From contig NC_005072.1 of the NCBI RefSeq assembly GCF_000011465.1, positions 900,001 through 932,000 on the forward strand: a DNA stretch of 32,000 nt, in the 5' to 3' direction. Source of the stretch: Prochlorococcus marinus subsp. pastoris str. CCMP1986. Lineage in GTDB: Bacteria > Cyanobacteriota > Cyanobacteriia > PCC-6307 > Cyanobiaceae. Shown here piece after piece: positions 29,124 through 32,000 of the stretch (position 1 is the first letter of the stretch; every line of letters starts with the position of its first letter). The notes below the pieces were generated by a model, which saw only the letters and a list, made by a program, of their open reading frames with translations, ran no database searches and had not been told where the DNA came from. A program made the translations under genes and the position numbers.

Positions 29124-30259
29124 TGGAATTTAAAAACTTAAAACTAAGCAAAAAAACAACTTTTGTTATTTGGGTGCTCATTATTGCTTTTATTATCGCA
29201 GCTCCATCAATTCTTCCTGTTTTCAGATTGAACCTTCTTGGTAGATATTTATCATTAGCTATTGTTGCTTTGGGTGTAGATCTAATTTGGGGATTTACTG
29301 GTTTATTAAGTCTTGGTCAAGGTATATTTTTTGCTCTTGGGGGTTACTGTGCAGCAATGTATCTACAGATAACAAGCTCTTCTGAATTTCCAAATAATAT
29401 TCCAGAATTCTTTGGACTTTATGGCGTAGATAATTTACCATTTTTCTGGGAACCATTTAGATCTCCAATCTTTAGTTTATTTGCAATTTGGGTGATACCT
29501 GCATTAGTTGCAGGAATACTTGGATTTCTTGTTTTTAGAAACAGAATAAAAGGTGTGTATTTTTCAATACTTACCCAAGCTGCTCTTTTAGTATTCTTTA
29601 ATTTCTTTAATGGACAACAAAAACTTATTAATGGTACTAACGGATTAAAAACTGATGTAACTCAACTTTTTGGACAAATGGTTGGTTCAGAATCAATCCA
29701 AAGAATGTTTTTTTGGTTTACAGCCTTATTAGTTATTGCGGCATGGTTTTTTTCAAAATGGGTAGTAAAAGGAAGATTTGGGAATATTCTTATAGGGATC
29801 AGAGATGACGAACCAAGAGTAAGATTCACAGGTTATAATCCTGTCTTATTTAAAACAATAATATTTTCTATAGCAGGAGGTTTAGCAGGAATATCGGGTG
29901 CTTTGTACACGGTTCAATCAGGAATAGTATCCCCTCAATTTATGACAGTTCCATTTTCAATAGAAATGGTTATTTGGGTTGCAGTGGGAGGAAGAGGGAC
30001 TTTATTGGGAGCAATACTTGGAGCAGTCTTAATAAATTATGCAAAAAGTTTAGTAAGTGAAGCTTTACCGGCAAGCTGGATGTTTATTCAGGGTGGATTA
30101 TTTATTCTAGTAGTTACAGCATTACCAGAAGGTGTTTTAGGATGGGTACAAGGAGAGGGACCAAGGAATCTGCTTCAAAAACTTGGTCTGAAAAGGAAAA
30201 TCGAAACATACCCAAGTCTAGAAATAAAAAATGAAACGGAGGGATTAAAAAATGAATAA
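29123..30259 (+). CDS. urtC: Urea ABC transporter permease
   Basis: 378 aa LivM-type permease; WGFTGLLSLGQGIFFALGGYCAAMYLQ; the ATG overlaps the urtB stop by one base. Confidence 0.95.
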   Translation: MEFKNLKLSKKTTFVIWVLIIAFIIAAPSILPVFRLNLLGRYLSLAIVALGVDLIWGFTGLLSLGQGIFFALGGYCAAMYLQITSSSEFPNNIPEFFGLYGVDNLPFFWEPFRSPIFSLFAIWVIPALVAGILGFLVFRNRIKGVYFSILTQAALLVFFNFFNGQQKLINGTNGLKTDVTQLFGQMVGSESIQRMFFWFTALLVIAAWFFSKWVVKGRFGNILIGIRDDEPRVRFTGYNPVLFKTIIFSIAGGLAGISGALYTVQSGIVSPQFMTVPFSIEMVIWVAVGGRGTLLGAILGAVLINYAKSLVSEALPASWMFIQGGLFILVVTALPEGVLGWVQGEGPRNLLQKLGLKRKIETYPSLEIKNETEGLKNE

Positions 30260-31007
30260 GAATACTAATTCTTTATTAAGCCTAGAAAATATAAGTGTAA
30301 GTTTTGAAGGATTTCTAGCATTAAATGATCTAAACCTTAGCTTAAAAACAGGAGAATTAAGAGCTGTAATTGGTCCAAATGGGGCGGGGAAAACAACATT
30401 TCTAGATGTAATAACAGGTAAAGTAAAACCTACTAAAGGTGATGTTTTTTTTAAAGGAAAATCATTAATAGGAAGAAAAGAACATAAAATTGCACGTTTA
30501 GGTGTAGGAAGAAAATTTCAAAGCCCAAGAGTATTTGAAAATCTAACTGTTAAAGAAAATCTTGAGATATCAGTAAGTACTCCTAAAAGTCCTTTAAATC
30601 TAATTAATAAAAAAATTAAAAATGATCAATTAGATGAAATAGAACATTTAATGAAAGTCATAAATTTATCAAAAAAAATCAATTCAAAAGCCGGTGCATT
30701 ATCACATGGTCAAAAACAATGGTTAGAAATAGCAATGTTACTAGGTCAAAAACCGGATTTAATGCTGGTTGATGAACCTGTGGCAGGGCTTACAGATGAA
30801 GAAACTGATTTGACAGCAGATTTATTAAAATCATTATCTGGAGAAAATACTGTTGTTGTTATAGATCACGATATGGAATTCATAAGAAGACTTGATAGTA
30901 ATGTTTCAGTTCTCAATCAAGGAACAGTATTATGTGAAGGTACAATGGATACTATTCAAAATGACAAAAGGGTAATTGATGTTTATTTAGGAAGACCGGA
31001 GGAATAA
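30252..31007 (+). CDS. urtD: Urea ABC transporter ATP-binding protein
   Basis: 251 aa; GPNGAGKTTFLDVITG, LSHGQKQWLEIAMLLGQKPDLMLVDEPVAG. Confidence 0.95.
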   Translation: MNKNTNSLLSLENISVSFEGFLALNDLNLSLKTGELRAVIGPNGAGKTTFLDVITGKVKPTKGDVFFKGKSLIGRKEHKIARLGVGRKFQSPRVFENLTVKENLEISVSTPKSPLNLINKKIKNDQLDEIEHLMKVINLSKKINSKAGALSHGQKQWLEIAMLLGQKPDLMLVDEPVAGLTDEETDLTADLLKSLSGENTVVVIDHDMEFIRRLDSNVSVLNQGTVLCEGTMDTIQNDKRVIDVYLGRPEE

Positions 31008-31009
31008 CA

Positions 31010-31720
31010 ATGAAAAATCTACTAGAAGTAAAATCATTAAATACCTATTATGGGGAAAGCCATATCCTCAGAGATGTAGATTTAAACCTTAAATCTGGAG
31101 AAATGATCTGTTTAATAGGTAGAAATGGAGTAGGGAAAACTACTTTATTAAAATCATTAATAGGGCTATTAAGGGCAAAGAAAGGAGAAATAAACTTTAT
31201 TGGAGAAAATATAAATAGAAAGGCGCCACATCAAAGAGCTAGAAAAGGAATGGCATATGTTCCTCAAGGAAGAGAAATAATACCTTATCTGACTGTTGAA
31301 GAAAACTTAATGTTGGGAATGGAATCGCTTCCTGGAGGCTTATCTAAAAATAAAAATATTGATTCAAGTATCTATGATTTATTTCCTATTTTAAAAGACT
31401 TTCTATCAAGAAAAGGAGGAGATCTGAGTGGAGGGCAACAACAACAACTTGCAATTGCGAGAGCACTATTAGGTAAACCAAAATTATTGTTACTAGACGA
31501 ACCTACTGAAGGAATTCAACCAAATATAGTATTAGATATTGAAAACGCTATAAATCTCATAATTAAAGAAACTGGTATCGGAGTTTTATTAGTTGAACAG
31601 CACTTACACTTTGTTAGGCAGGCAAGTAGATATTACGCGATGCAAAGGGGAGGAATTGTTGCAAGTGGCCGTACAAGTGAATTAAGCCAAACAGTTATTG
31701 ATAAATTTTTAAGTGTATAG
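31010..31720 (+). CDS. urtE: Urea ABC transporter ATP-binding protein
   Basis: 236 aa; GRNGVGKTTLLKSLIG, LSGGQQQQLAIARALLGKPKLLLLDEPTEGIQPNI. Confidence 0.95.
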   Translation: MKNLLEVKSLNTYYGESHILRDVDLNLKSGEMICLIGRNGVGKTTLLKSLIGLLRAKKGEINFIGENINRKAPHQRARKGMAYVPQGREIIPYLTVEENLMLGMESLPGGLSKNKNIDSSIYDLFPILKDFLSRKGGDLSGGQQQQLAIARALLGKPKLLLLDEPTEGIQPNIVLDIENAINLIIKETGIGVLLVEQHLHFVRQASRYYAMQRGGIVASGRTSELSQTVIDKFLSV

Positions 31721-31749
31721 AATATAACTTTAAAATATCTATTTAAATA

Positions 31750-31929
31750 TCACTTTTCGCATCTAATTAAATCAATCCTGTTAGGATGTGCATTTATATA
31801 TTTATTAAACTCCATAGCCAATGTTCTTGCTTCATAAGAATCTAATGCATAAAAACAATTTTCTAATCTAAGATTTTGAAAGTCTCTATAATAGACAGTG
31901 TATGGTTTTAAAAAAGGTTTGTTATTCAT
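31750..31929 (-). CDS. Small hypothetical protein (59 aa)
   Basis: Manual translation, absent from the track: MNNKPFLKPYTVYYRDFQNLRLENCFYALDSYEARTLAMEFNKYINAHPNRIDLIRCEK*. Soluble, balanced composition; fills the gap after urtE. Confidence 0.6.
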   Translation of the reverse strand: MNNKPFLKPYTVYYRDFQNLRLENCFYALDSYEARTLAMEFNKYINAHPNRIDLIRCEK

Positions 31930-32000
31930 ATAATTTTAATACTATTTCTTTGGATACCTTAACCATGCATAAATTAATTAATTAAGAGAATATGTTTTGT

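Noticed and set aside
1-32000. Search for a previously undescribed defence, mobile or biosynthetic system
   Set aside because: Gene order, tight spacing and recognisable products indicate core and common accessory picocyanobacterial content. Nothing resembles a multi-gene novel system beyond the specific observations listed.

Overview
The window is gene-dense and AT-rich. Gene content and order indicate a marine picocyanobacterium, most likely Prochlorococcus (an inference from protein sequence and synteny, with no database search). It holds: housekeeping genes (ruvA, rpsO, a PAM68-like protein, dnaE, gatA, an rlmB-type methyltransferase, mini-RNase III, a STAS-domain protein, carA, trpD); an ABC exporter, msrA, tRNA-Pro(GGG) and uppP; several very small, mostly membrane or secreted proteins; a probable glucosylglycerate synthesis and turnover locus (glycerate kinase, gpgP-like, GH13_18-like, gpgS-like); the urease cluster (ureDABC facing ureEFG); and the urea ABC transporter urtABCDE. 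I see no mobile element, CRISPR array, defence island or clearly novel system. The observations most worth checking are: (1) a full-length STAS-domain ORF missing from the supplied ORF track, with no ATG/GTG/TTG start but a strong SD sequence 8 nt before an ATA codon; (2) an 18-bp tandem repeat array with a 90-bp higher-order period that encodes an Arg/Asp/Asn-rich N-terminal extension on the RlmB-like enzyme; (3) a compact putative glucosylglycerate cycle next to urease; (4) an NtcA-like promoter before urtA and two hairpins between urtA and urtB; (5) four small ORFs absent from the supplied track.
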